Source: Negaprion brevirostris (lineage: Eukaryota). From it: a stretch of DNA of 64,000 nucleotides. The notes beneath the pieces were generated by a model. That model was not told the DNA's origin. It searched no databases and worked only from the letters and a program-made list of their open reading frames with translations. The stretch lies in assembly GCA_030324005.1 (NCBI GenBank), contig JARDVH010000169.1:12818993-12882992 (forward strand), given 5' to 3'. Below, piece by piece: positions 52,396-64,000 of the stretch (position 1 is the stretch's first letter; each line of letters opens with the position of its first letter). Both the position numbers and the translations under genes were made by a program.

Positions 52396-54851
52396 CGAAA
52401 CAAAGGATCCCAACTGAATATTAACCTATTTTGCCTCTTTTAGCTGATTGAGCTGCCATGTTTCCCCAACATTTTCTTAAATAAGTGCCTTAAGATGCAC
52501 TTGTTACCAAATTACTCCAAATTTAGACTTTACAAAAGTTTCTGTAACATAGAACCCAATCAATCCTATTTTTAATGGAAGCGATTGGACAGGAAATGTA
52601 TTTTACATTAGGCATATAACATTGGACACATATAATGACAGTGAGAGGCTGATTAGACATGCTAATTAGCATCGGTTGATACATAGCTCTTCATATGAAC
52701 AGTTCATTATGTCTTACGGTGTCTGATGTATGCAATATTGAGTAGAAGGTTAATACCACATTTAAATGAAATTAAGATCAGTTATCAGTACAAATACCAA
52801 GCAATGCTATCCTAAAAGTTCTTCAATTGGATATCTTTGAGATTATCTTTAGATAATAAAGTTCGCATTCACTTGTGCATTGTGAACCCTTCATTAATGG
52901 CAATGAAAGGAATTACACAGTGTTAAGTGCATTTATATTCTGTCAGTTCAATGAACAACTTAAGGACTGTACAGTATAGACCCTTTAATGATCCTGTTTG
53001 CAGAAAATTGGATCTAACATGAATATGAGACACTAATTTGGCCTCATTTATTGCCTTTGAAGACCCGATGCTTTGGGAGCAGAAGCTCTCCTGGTCCTTG
53101 GCTGAAAGTACAATACCGATTGGATTGTCCAGATCTATTTGCTTCAATATAGTTTATGCTTTGAGTAGTTTTTAAACTGGCAACGTACAGCTTCAACCAG
53201 TTTTGCACAATCAGATGCTGCCAGGCACTACACCCAATCTGAAGGAGCTCTTGGAATGATTGTCTTCAATTTAGCACCTAATACGTGTCCACATCTGAGA
53301 GTGGATAGTTAATCTTAGTTCTTGAGAATTTACAGTGCATATTACTGCTAATTGGGATTAACAGTGAATCAATAATGATTGCTAAATGCAAATAAGTGGA
53401 TTAAAGTACAGTTTGCTTAACATGAAGCTGCTTCCATTAAGTGGCTTCTACTGTGTTAATGAATAAAATCAGCATCATTTATCCCCTTTCACATTTAAGG
53501 GCAACTATGTCTGAACTGCATTCACTTTATCATATATACAATACCTTGCTTCCATTTCATATATACTGTTATGTGGAAATATGCCTGAACTGACTTTGAA
53601 TGGTGTAAACTGGTGCCGGATGAGATGGGCTATGCTCACAGAGCACTTAACTGCTGTCTATGGCCAATGGCAATCAGCCTATTCCAAAAATGACTAATGA
53701 GCAAGTGCTTCCCGACCATGCATCACATAACCTTCAAAGATTCCTGGACAGTACTTAACCATCAATCATGACGACAGCAGGAACTAAGTAAGTATCTGTA
53801 GGAAGTTACTTTGAAATCTAGAGGCATTTCTGATTAAAATGATGGTAAACTTGAAGAATGTTAACAATTAACTTTAAACAAATAACCTTGTTCGGCTCTG
53901 TTATGATAATTGTATTGAAGAACATGTTTTACCAATAGTCTACTGTTGGAAAGGTAATGATATTCCCATTAGAATTAACAGGGATCAGCAGCACCATGGT
54001 ACTACATTTTATATTGGCTGCAATGATAAAACAATACTACTGTCAGCCTTTAAATATTCCTCTTCCCTTTCCAACCACTGTTGAAAGCAAAACAGTGGTA
54101 GGTGCTTCCCTAATCATCACAGGAACTTTCTGACTCATTCTCAGTTCTTTGTAAGTTATTACCTCCTGCATGGGTTTACTTCTTTCCAATATAAAACAAG
54201 CAGGATCCAACATTAGTGACTGAGTGAAACAGTTGGTGTACCTTCTTTATTTACTTCATGTTTTTAAGACACATTTGTTCAGTTTTTCAAAAGGAGGAAA
54301 AAAGACTAGTTGTGATGTATTTTTGGAAAAAATAGTTAATATCTGCTTGATGTGTATCAGTTTATAAAAGTGTGTTCCATTAAAACAGGTGGGGTAACAA
54401 GTAAATGAAGGATGATATTGATACGACCAATTAATCTGACACTGTGATTTTGAAGAAATATTTAGATATTTGATGTCCTGTTAATTAACATTCCTTGCAG
54501 TACTCATGGGCAAAATGTTTTCAATAGCATGATGTGGGAAGAACCACTCCCTCAATGAGTTAAGGAAACACATTGGGAGAACTATAGATCCCAGGAATTA
54601 TTTCAATTGTACAGCTTTAGAGTCTTTCTTTCACTCCACTCCGTAACCAACATGGGAAAGGGATAAAAGGCTCTAACAGGCTTTTAATCAGATTCAAGCT
54701 GCCAATGTGAAATGGAGTTAGAAGATGCTGAGTTTATAGCAACAACTGAAATGTCTGTCAACATTTAGTGTCCACTTGACAGTTCGGTCGATTAGAAAGA
54801 CTTGTGATGCAATTAATACGCACAATTCACAAGAAAGGCTGTGGTACTCAC

Positions 54852-54920
54852 CTGCTTTCCCTTGTGTCCGATTTGTATTCTATGGCTAACAATAACAGCT
54901 TCAGCTTCACAAAACAGAGC
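54852..54920 (-). CDS. KCNMA1: KCNMA1 constitutive exon, 69 nt (phase 2 to 2): [22 protein letters not shown](S/R)
   Basis: Acceptor ccatttacag, donor AG|gtgagta. Matches Slo1 [22 protein letters not shown]. Confidence 0.98.
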
Positions 54921-55142
54921 CTGTAAATGGAAGGCAAAGAACCAGTCACCTCGTATCATTACACATCAGGCAGGTAAAGCCATTTCACAAATAAAGTCAG
55001 TAGACGATATTCTTGACAGGAGGGGATCATTCTGATCTTAGACAAATTCCTCATGGAGTTGTAAAAATACTTGGAGCTGTATGATCAAAAAGAGATATCC
55101 TTAAGAAGCTTCCTGGCTTACTGGATGCCAGGATAGATACTG

Positions 55143-55447
55143 TCATAGAATCCCTGCAGTACAGAAGGAGGCCATTCAGCCTATCAAGTCTGCACTGACC
55201 CAATCCCACCCAGGCCCACAAACTTACCCTGCTAACCCCCTAACACTAGGGTCAATTTAGCACGGCCAATCAACCTAACCCACAAATCTTTGGGCTATGG
55301 GAGGAAACCAGAGCGCCTGGAAGAAACCCACGCAGACACGTGGAGAATGTGCAGACTCCGCACAGACAGTGACCCAAGGCGGGAATTGAACCCGGATTCC
55401 TGAGGCTGTGAGGCAGCAGTGTTAACTACTGTGCCACCATGCTGCCC
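55143..55447 (-). mobile_element. HE1 SINE copy
   Basis: Full head, V-domain and tail. Confidence 0.92.
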
Positions 55448-56604
55448 TGGGCAAATGCTCAGTTTGTTCTGGTCCTCTCCCTGAAACTACTAGAGGATGG
55501 ACAATGTCAGAGATGGGGGAGTGGGGACATGGATCAGGCGAGAGGGTGAGGCATACAAAGCAGTGACAAATATTTTTTCCAAGTTTTGCGAAGTAATGGA
55601 GTGAAGGTTTCTCTGAAAACAGGCCTCTGAAGGAACTACACGTCAGGTGATAGAAGCTGTGCCACATTGCTCAACTCTCCATTGTAACTGATCTTGGTAC
55701 CAATCAATCCAGACTAAAAATGTGGTTTTTATCCCACAGCCACATAAAGTAGATCTTGTCAGTATCAATGATCGGAGAATCCAGAGAGTCTAAGAGAGTC
55801 TACCTCAGGGTCAAGCTACATTATTTGGCCGTCAAGTCGAAACCAGGGCACACCAGAAATTCAGAATTATACTCAAGATTAGGCCCTGCAATAACAGTTT
55901 AATAATATTTCTCCTTAAGCCAGACAATTGCAAGTGCTGTTCACAAAGCAGTCAGTCTGTCATAAGTGCATTTGTGTTCAATCTATGCCCAGTAAACCGC
56001 AACGATCTTCTTAATAGAGAATGAATCAAACGATAAAAGGATCATCCATATAATTTCTGATTGTGTACATCAACTTGCTTGTCAATTAACACACTTGAAG
56101 TGTCAAGTGAGAAAATATTTCTAGCTCTGGTCCTATCATCCATCACTTTACTCTACTAATTATAGTCATTCTATTACATTTACTAAGAAAAAAGGCTGAA
56201 AATCAATTTTTATTAGTTGCACAATCATTATTAATTAAGCAAGAAATATTGAATCCAAGTATGAAGAAAAATCAATGTAAAATTAAATTTATAATATTTT
56301 TGTCATTAATGTAATGTTTACAGCCGAACCCACACAAGTATTTATTTTGTGCAGTCTAATATGGACTACAGAGAAATTGAAACAAAACTCAATGGACAAC
56401 TTATCAACTTAAATTGGAAGTTGATCATAATTACTAATCATCTTGAAATTTTAACAGTCATTGACTGTCTCAAAGTCTTTAAANNNNNNNNNNNNNNNNN
56501 NNNNNNNNNNNNNNNNNNNNNNNNNNNNNNNNNNNNNNNNNNNNNNNNNNNNNNNNNNNNNNNNNNNNNNNNNNNNNNNNNNNATGGCTATGGTGTTAAG
56601 ATAC

Positions 56605-56925
56605 ATATGAACAAGAACAGGCCATTCAGGTCTTCAAGCTTGTTCTGGCATATGTCACCTGGTCAGTATCTCAACTCCATTTACCTTTCTTTTACATGTA
56701 TCCTTTCACACACTTAGCAAAAAAAATCAGTCAATCTCAGTCGAAGTTTTCAATTGGCCAAGCATCTTTTGCAAGAGAATTTTCCACATTTCCACTGTGT
56801 GTGGAAACAGTGCTTTCTGATGTCACCCTTGTATGATCTATCTCTAACTTCAATATTGCGCCCCTTGTTACAGAGTTCCCCAACCAGAAAAAACATCTTC
56901 TCTCTAACTACACTTTTACCATTTT
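56605..56925 (-). mobile_element. CR1 3' fragment, degenerate
   Basis: acatatgaacaagaacaggccattcagg.. tail plus body. Confidence 0.6.
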
Positions 56926-57099
56926 AACCCCTTATCAAGCTAAACATGGGTAAAATGATCTTTCGGACAGTCAGTGCAGAATGGTCAGAATGGCCTTTTT
57001 CTGCACTGTAGTGGTTCCATGGATTCTATTGTTCAACAGGCCAAAAGATGGACAGGCTGGCTGATGCCATATACCACAACATAGCGTTCAGTTTAGTAT

Positions 57100-57360
57100 T
57101 CATTAGTGTCACAAGTAACAATTACATTAACACTGCAATGAAGTTACTGTGAAAATCCTCTCGCTGCCACAGTCTGGTGCCTGTTTGGGTACACGGGTGG
57201 AGAATTTAGCATGGCCGATGCACCTAACCAGCATGTCTTTTGGAGCGTGGGGGGGAACCGGAGCATCCAGAGGAAAACCACGCAGGTGCAGAGAGAACGT
57301 GCAAACTCCACAGACAGTGACCCATGCCAAGAATTGAACCTGGGACCCTGGTGCTGCAAG
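57100..57360 (-). mobile_element. HE1-like SINE with alternative tail
   Basis: V-domain plus ttttcacagtaacttcattgcagtgttaatg tail. Confidence 0.85.
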
Positions 57361-59727
57361 GTTGGGCAGGAAGACAGTGAGCTAGCCATTTGTTTGATTT
57401 TATGTGTCCCCGTCACCTGGCCTTCATTCCTGCTGGTGAGGAACGGGGGAGGGGAACGATTGTAAAATTCCCCCCGGGTTGTATCAAGGTTAAGCAGCTA
57501 ATCACATTAAAGAATTCTCCCAGTCAGCAACATCAGGAAGTTTAAAGCACTGATTATCTTTCACATTATCACTTTACAGAGAGGAAAATAAAGATTCGAA
57601 TGTACACATGGGATTAAACTAGAAATTTAAATATCATGAGTATAACATATTTAAAAACCGATGGAATTCTTATCATAATGGAAACATTTGACATTTCACA
57701 AATATAAAATTATTTTTCCTGGGCCGGAGAGGTTGTTCATTATCAATTATGAATTCAGACCTCACTGAATAAGACATCATGTTTCAAGGATTTTTACAGT
57801 GAGGCCAAATGTAAAAATGGAAGCTCGCATCAGTTCAAGTGATTTCAAAGGATTTTCATCCGCAGGAACTTGGCAACAGCACACCCTGTGGGGAAGCAAG
57901 GACTCACTGACTGCAGCTTCTGGATTTCCACATTTAACGGTGAATGTTTCAGTGCCAGAATCTGCTGTCAGTTTCACAGTCATAATTACGGTGAATGTTG
58001 TAGTCTCACTGTCATTACAACTGCAAAATCCTGGCCATTATCTTTTACAGTCAAAGATGCTGGAAATAACTCTAAAGGCTCCACAGTATCAAAGCAGGTT
58101 ATCCGACTGAATATTTCACAATGTCCAGCACAGATCCACATCACTGGATGAAGAATCACCCAGAATCTACGATGAATCAATCAAGCGTTTTGAAAATAAT
58201 CAGCTCCAATACTTACAGTTTAAAACTTTTCATCTATTTAATGATATCTTTCTCTTTCCTAACACGATTCCATAAAACAGCTGTATTTACAGTAATGTTA
58301 ACATGGATTAATTTGTGCAACAATATACAAAAGGACATATTGATTATCATAGGGCTTAATTAAAGAGAATTGGATAGCATTATCCATCTAACACTAGCAA
58401 GGACATGAGAGTATGAATAATGAGGTCTCTTTAATTTAAACTAGAAAACAGGATAATTGAGTCTCTAGGCAAAACCTATGTGTCAAGTGAAGATTTTTAG
58501 GCGATTCCTAAATCTCATTAGAACATCTGCATTCATTGATCATCACTTCCTTGTGGCACTGCATCATTAGTCGACAATAACAACCCCTCCTTGTTTAAAT
58601 CTCATTAACCCCATGAGAACAGATGATGCGAGTTTTCCAAGCAGCCATTACCATGACAAGGCGACTGTTGTTTGGTATATGAACATGACTCTCGTAATAA
58701 AGTAATCAGTTTCTCCCGAGGGGAAATCCAAAATCTGAACTGTAATTACCATATGGAGACATTAACTGCTTTCATATACTCTACTTATATTTGGAAGGCC
58801 AATCCAATTCCATTTGGTGAGCTCAATTGAATTTGATTCCCCCTTCACATTAATGNNNNNNNNNNNNNNNNNNNNNNNNNNNNNNNAGACACCACTGAAA
58901 TATCTACCCATCACTCCTGATGACATTACTTGGAAGAAGAATCAGTCTATTTATACTAAGCACTATATGCAGCTATCTGATTTGGAACCCAGATTTATTT
59001 TAATTATGCTACTTATCGCTCCACATTAAGTTGCATTCCTGTTCCAATATTAAATTTTATTACCCTTTTCAGACAGAAAAGTAATACCTTATATTCAGTG
59101 ACAAGTTAGCGCTCCATGCTACATTTGAGGAGGTCAAGAAGATAGCTGTACATTTTTCTTCTAGTAAGATTTAGCAGGACGAGGTGGTGTACGAAGGAGG
59201 CTGATTCATCCTCACATCCTTTGCAACACAGCTCAGATTAGGCACTTATCATACAAAGAATAATGAGACCTATACCTAACAATGTGGGTCGCATATTCTA
59301 AACTACCTACTGGAAAATGCAAACTACTACATTTTAAAACATTACCCTTCCTGTGAGTAACTGGGATATGTAGAAATTCTCAATACTGCTGTGTTCTCCT
59401 TAATAAATGGTTTTTCACTGCTGTTTTATGAAGGATTACTTCAACATTTTTGAGTGAACCAGTGTAGTTAACTTGACAGATAGTAGTTATTGAAGCCAAT
59501 CAGGAAAGTGTGATGGATAATTTTTTTGCGCCTTGCAAATAGCTCATTCACAGATTAAATGTATAGGCTGTCACATTTAATGTGTGACTGTTATTCACAA
59601 GACTTTTAATTATATGTACTAATGGATAGGGAGCAGTAATCGCCAGAGAGGAGTAAGTAGTCAGAACAGTATTAAGCAGAGAGAGCAACAAAGGAAGGGA
59701 GGAAAGGGGGCTGCTGAAAAGTGGAAG

Positions 59728-59800
59728 TAAGAACATAAGAACATAAGAAATAGGAGCAGGAGTAGGCCATCTAGCCCTTCGAGCCTGCCCCGCCATTCAA
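59728..59800 (-). mobile_element. Young CR1 3' terminus running into a gap
   Basis: (taagaaca)n aataggagcaggagtaggccatctagccc. Confidence 0.85.
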
Positions 59801-59995
59801 NNNNNNNNNNNNNNNNNNNNNNNNNNNNNNNNNNNNNNNNNNCAAGTGGTAGAGAGTGGTGGAAGCAGTGCTAAGAAACAATGAATCCAAAATGAAGGTG
59901 GGAAGAGGGTCTGATGTGGAACTTGAAAATGATCAGGTAATGCAACCTGGAAATAGGTCACCCTGAACACAAAATTTTTGCCCTCTGTCTCTCTT

Positions 59996-60296
59996 AAGTT
60001 TAAATTTATTTATTAGTTCACGAGTAGGCTTACATTAACACTGCAATGAAGTTACTGCGAAAATCCTCTAATGGCTACACTCTACTGCTTGCATTGTACA
60101 TTGAGGTAGAATTTAGCATGGCCAACGCATCTAATCAGCAAGTCTTTCAGACTGGGAGAGGAAGCCAGAGCATTTGGAGGGAACCCACGCATACACAGGG
60201 AGAACATGCAGACTCCACACAGAGGGTGATCCAAACTGGGAATCGAACCTGGGTCCCTGGTGCTGTGAGGCAGCAGGGCTAACCACTGTGCTGCCC
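59996..60296 (-). mobile_element. HE1-like SINE with alternative tail
   Basis: Head, V-domain and cagtaacttcattgcagtgttaatgtaagcctac tail. Confidence 0.85.
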
Positions 60297-61506
60297 ATTA
60301 ACAATGGTTGGAACTTTCTGGCTATTTATGCTGCAGTTAATGGAGATTTGGCTGAGCAACAAATTCTCCATCCTCGCTTGCAGCAGCAGCAGGGCATGAA
60401 CGCCAGGAAAATTCAGGCTCATATCATTTTGGTCAATGTTGTTTGCTTTCAATGGGACAAAGGATGCAAGAACTGAGAATAAATAACATTATCACTTGGG
60501 GCATTCTGAGTTAGAGAGAGCTTGGTAAAATTCAGAGCTTTAATTTACGCTTGCACTGTGCCTTAGTCCTCATTCTCACATCGTGTAACATCTTTATTTC
60601 AAAACTTTGCTCAGACTAAGATTGCCAATTTTAGACTAGAGAGAGAATAGCTCTGTGTACACCATTAGAACTGGGGTGAAATTGTTCAAGCTTATTTTAC
60701 ATTCGCCTCTCCCAGCCAGCAAATAAAGAAAACTTTAATCCATTTGGCTGAGCTGGCCTTGAATTTGGGTGTCAGAGTTGAAGGATAATGCTTCACTTAC
60801 TAAACCATCTGGCCTTCACACTGCGCATTTTTGCACATCGACCCAGTTCTACATTGAATGAGCACATGACCGTGTCACTGAAGTACAAAGTGGCTTTGTC
60901 ACATGTCCCTACTTCTGAATTCATTCTGACATGAAGTCCAATCCAAACTTCAAGTCAGGGCAAATCTGGAGATCAAAGTTTATACATTTCACATTGAATT
61001 AAGAGGAAAATGTAGAGCTGTGCAGAGGTAAGGCTCCATATCTTGTATCAGGCAACAGCAATTTCCATTTCTATAGTGCTCTATATGCAAGGAAGTGCCT
61101 CAAACCCCTTGCTAGAGTGATGCATAACCAGTAGATGTTNNNNNNNNNNNNNNNNNNNNNNNNCACGGTTGAAGATGAAAGCCTAAGCAAATGTTTGTAG
61201 GCAAGAGAGATACTGTAACAGCCAGCTGCAACAGAGATGGGCAAAAAGGCTGGAGTAATTTACTGCTGGTGGAATAGATCCATGTTCAGACTGTCAGGTA
61301 TACACAAGGACAAAGGTGCAGCTCATGTAAATGAGACCTGGGGCAATAATCAAGGTATGTCACGGTCATTCTTGGAGAAAATACTTTGTACAACTGAAGC
61401 AGTGGTAAGAGTGTTCCAACACTCTGCATTTAAAGGAATTAATCAGAGCTTACTAATGAGCTTAAAGTGAGTGCTGGAGACGAGTCAAAAATTGTTTGTT
61501 TACTTA

Positions 61507-61617
<111 letters not shown>

Positions 61618-61652
61618 CTAGAATGGGAAGAGAAATGGAATGTTGACACATC

Positions 61653-61974
61653 TAGAATCATAGAATACAATCCCTACAATGTAGAAGGAGATCATTCAGT
61701 GAATCGAGCCTACAATGGCAACAATCCCATGCTGGTCGGCTCCCCACTACCCTACATATTTACCTTGCTAATCCCCCTGACACTAAGGGGCAAGTTACTA
61801 TTGCCAATCAACTTAATCTGCGCATCTTTGGAGTGTGGGAGCACCTGGAGGAAACCCACGCTGACACAGGGAGAACCTGTAAACTCCAAACAGACAGAGC
61901 CCCAAAGCTAGAATTGAACCTGGGTCCCTGGCACTGTGAGGCAGCAGTGCTAACCACTGAGTCACCGTGTCGCC
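61653..61974 (-). mobile_element. HE1 SINE copy ending ~35 nt upstream of the 110-nt exon acceptor
   Basis: Head, V-domain and tail ending ttctatgattcta. Confidence 0.9.
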
Positions 61975-62482
61975 CTTAAAGGGAAGCCAAAGTTTGGATT
62001 TTACTCCATCTCCTCTGTACAGTTCAGTGTTGTAATTCCAACGGTGACACCTGTGTTTAAATTTCGCTTGGACTGACAAAATGAAAGTTTTACTAATTAA
62101 ATTAGATGAAGCAGTTGAGGTTTATACAGAAGTATCTACCATGGTGAAGTAATAGGATGCCACAAACATGAGATCAGAAATGTTACATTAGTCCTGACGA
62201 AGGCATCCATTCTGCCTACATAGCAATCACTCCCCACTGAAGAGTAAATGAAGGAGACACTGCCCTTTTCTTTCTTAGGTTGAGGTTCAAGCACAAGGAT
62301 AGACAATACAGCTTTCACCTACACCACATCAGGACAAATCCATCTTGATCCTACTGTAAGGAGGAAAAACAGCCTTCAATTGTCAATCTCAAATCATCCT
62401 TACTTGGCAATCACAAAATTTTCCACAAATGACCTCAAGAATAACAAACAGCATCATACGCTGACTAGGTTCACTTATTAAT

Positions 62483-62748
62483 GCCTACAGTGCAGAAATG
62501 GGCCATTCGACCCATCAAGGCTGTACTGACTCTCCAAAAGAGAATTTTAGCATAATCCTCATAATCCCAAGCATTTACCATGGCCAGGGCATCTAACCTG
62601 CACACCTTTGGACTATGGGAGGAAACCAGGCCACCCAGAGGAAACCCAAGCAGACATGCAGACTCCACACAGTCACCTAAGGCCGGAATTGAATCTGGGT
62701 CCAGGGAGCTGTGAGGCAGTAGTACTAACCACTGTCCCATTGTGTTGC
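62483..62748 (-). mobile_element. HE1 SINE copy
   Basis: Head, V-domain and tail. Confidence 0.88.
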
Positions 62749-62913
62749 CAAGGGGCCTACCTACTTGTCTATGCATCAACACTCATTCCAGTTCCATTCT
62801 AAATATTATCAAAGTTCCTACGGCTCTGTTACCAGTTTTCTTCCTAAATCATACTTTCTCCCTCATGTCACTGATATTATAATGCACAATTATTCCGTCA
62901 GTTAGTCATACAA

Positions 62914-63212
62914 CCATAGAAACCCTACAGTGTAGGAGGAGGCCATTTGGCCCATCAAGTCTGCACCGACAACAATCCCATCCAGGCCCTATCTCTGGAA
63001 TTCCACATATTTACCCTCTAACATAGACACCCTAGGACACTAAGGGACAATTTAGCATGGCCAATCAACCTAACCTGCACATCTTTGGACTGTGGGAGGA
63101 AACACACAGACACAGGGAGAACGTGCAAACTCCACACAGACAGTGACCCAAGTTAAGAATCAAACTGAGGTCCCTGGAGCTGTGAGGCAGCAGTGCTTAC
63201 CACAGTGTGTCC
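62914..63212 (-). mobile_element. HE1 SINE copy
   Basis: Head, V-domain and tail. Confidence 0.9.
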
Positions 63213-63662
63213 CTTGAGTATTGAATATGGTTGAGTATTGACTTTGATAGTAAAGCTATTTCAACTAAATTTGTGACTGGGAAGTGGCCACAGCTGGATT
63301 TGGTACTCAATATTTTTTTTGTTCAAAATGGCAGCATTCAATCCAACCTGTATAAACATGCCCTTCTAGATTAGAAGCATTCTCATTTGTCACTCTGCTG
63401 CTGAGGCCTCTCTCAGCTAAATCTGACTAACGAGTAATTTTAAATTGCAAACTTGTGATTAGGTCATTGAAAATGCATTGTTTCTCATTATTTTATGACA
63501 GTAGAAATGGATGAGGGAGAGAAATTACATATTTTATTTTTGAAAGAGATTCAATATTAGAAAATGAAACCTGAACGACTGTAACCTTGGCTGCCCTCCA
63601 AACCTGCTCAACTGAGACCTTGCCACAAAGACTGCTGATGGGTCTTACCTCCAAATTTAGTT

Positions 63663-63930
63663 ATCATAGAATCCCTACAGTGGAGGCCATTCAGCCCACT
63701 GAATCTGCACTGACTACAATCCCACCTAGGTTTTATCCCTAGCTAGTCCCCCTGACACGAAAGGGCCAGTCCACCTGACCCACACATCTTTTGACTGTGG
63801 GAGGAAACAGAAGCACCCAGAGGAAACCCAGGGGAGAACATGCAAATTCCACACAAACAGTGACCCAAGCCGGGAATCGAACCTGGGTCCTTGGCGCTGT
63901 GAGGCAGCAGTGCTAACCACTGTGCTGCCC
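63663..63930 (-). mobile_element. HE1 SINE copy
   Basis: Head, V-domain and tail. Confidence 0.9.
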
Positions 63931-64000
63931 ATGTCTTTATCTTTTGGATCACGCAAGAAGCAGTTGAGAAAGGTGACAGAGTTAAATAATCTTCACATGC

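Overview
Vertebrate genomic DNA from a shark (elasmobranch; inferred from abundant HE1/V-SINE and HER1/CR1 repeats), with many assembly gaps. The whole window lies inside one minus-strand gene, KCNMA1 (Slo1, BK Ca2+-activated K+ channel alpha subunit), from late RCK1 through the RCK1-RCK2 linker into RCK2. I read seven constitutive exons, one of them half hidden by a gap: 110, 69, 87, 77, 94, >=74 and 225 nt, all with consistent splice phases. I also read four alternative cassettes, which the ORF track mostly misses: a 12-nt site-C1 microexon giving RGAKR instead of the mammalian RSRKR, the 9-nt IYF microexon, the 174-nt STREX exon and a 33-nt KYGYNGYISS exon. Notable points: (1) STREX has CTC in place of the mammalian CSC hypoxia motif, plus an extra Cys. 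(2) A CaRRE1-like element sits at the STREX 3' splice site. (3) A candidate long-range RNA helix lies in the IYF-STREX intron. (4) A Penelope-type minimal hammerhead ribozyme lies on the pre-mRNA strand. (5) There are candidate unannotated exons, TGACAG motif clusters and a sense-strand SINE bias. No prokaryote-type system is present, and nearly all ORFs in the track are spurious.
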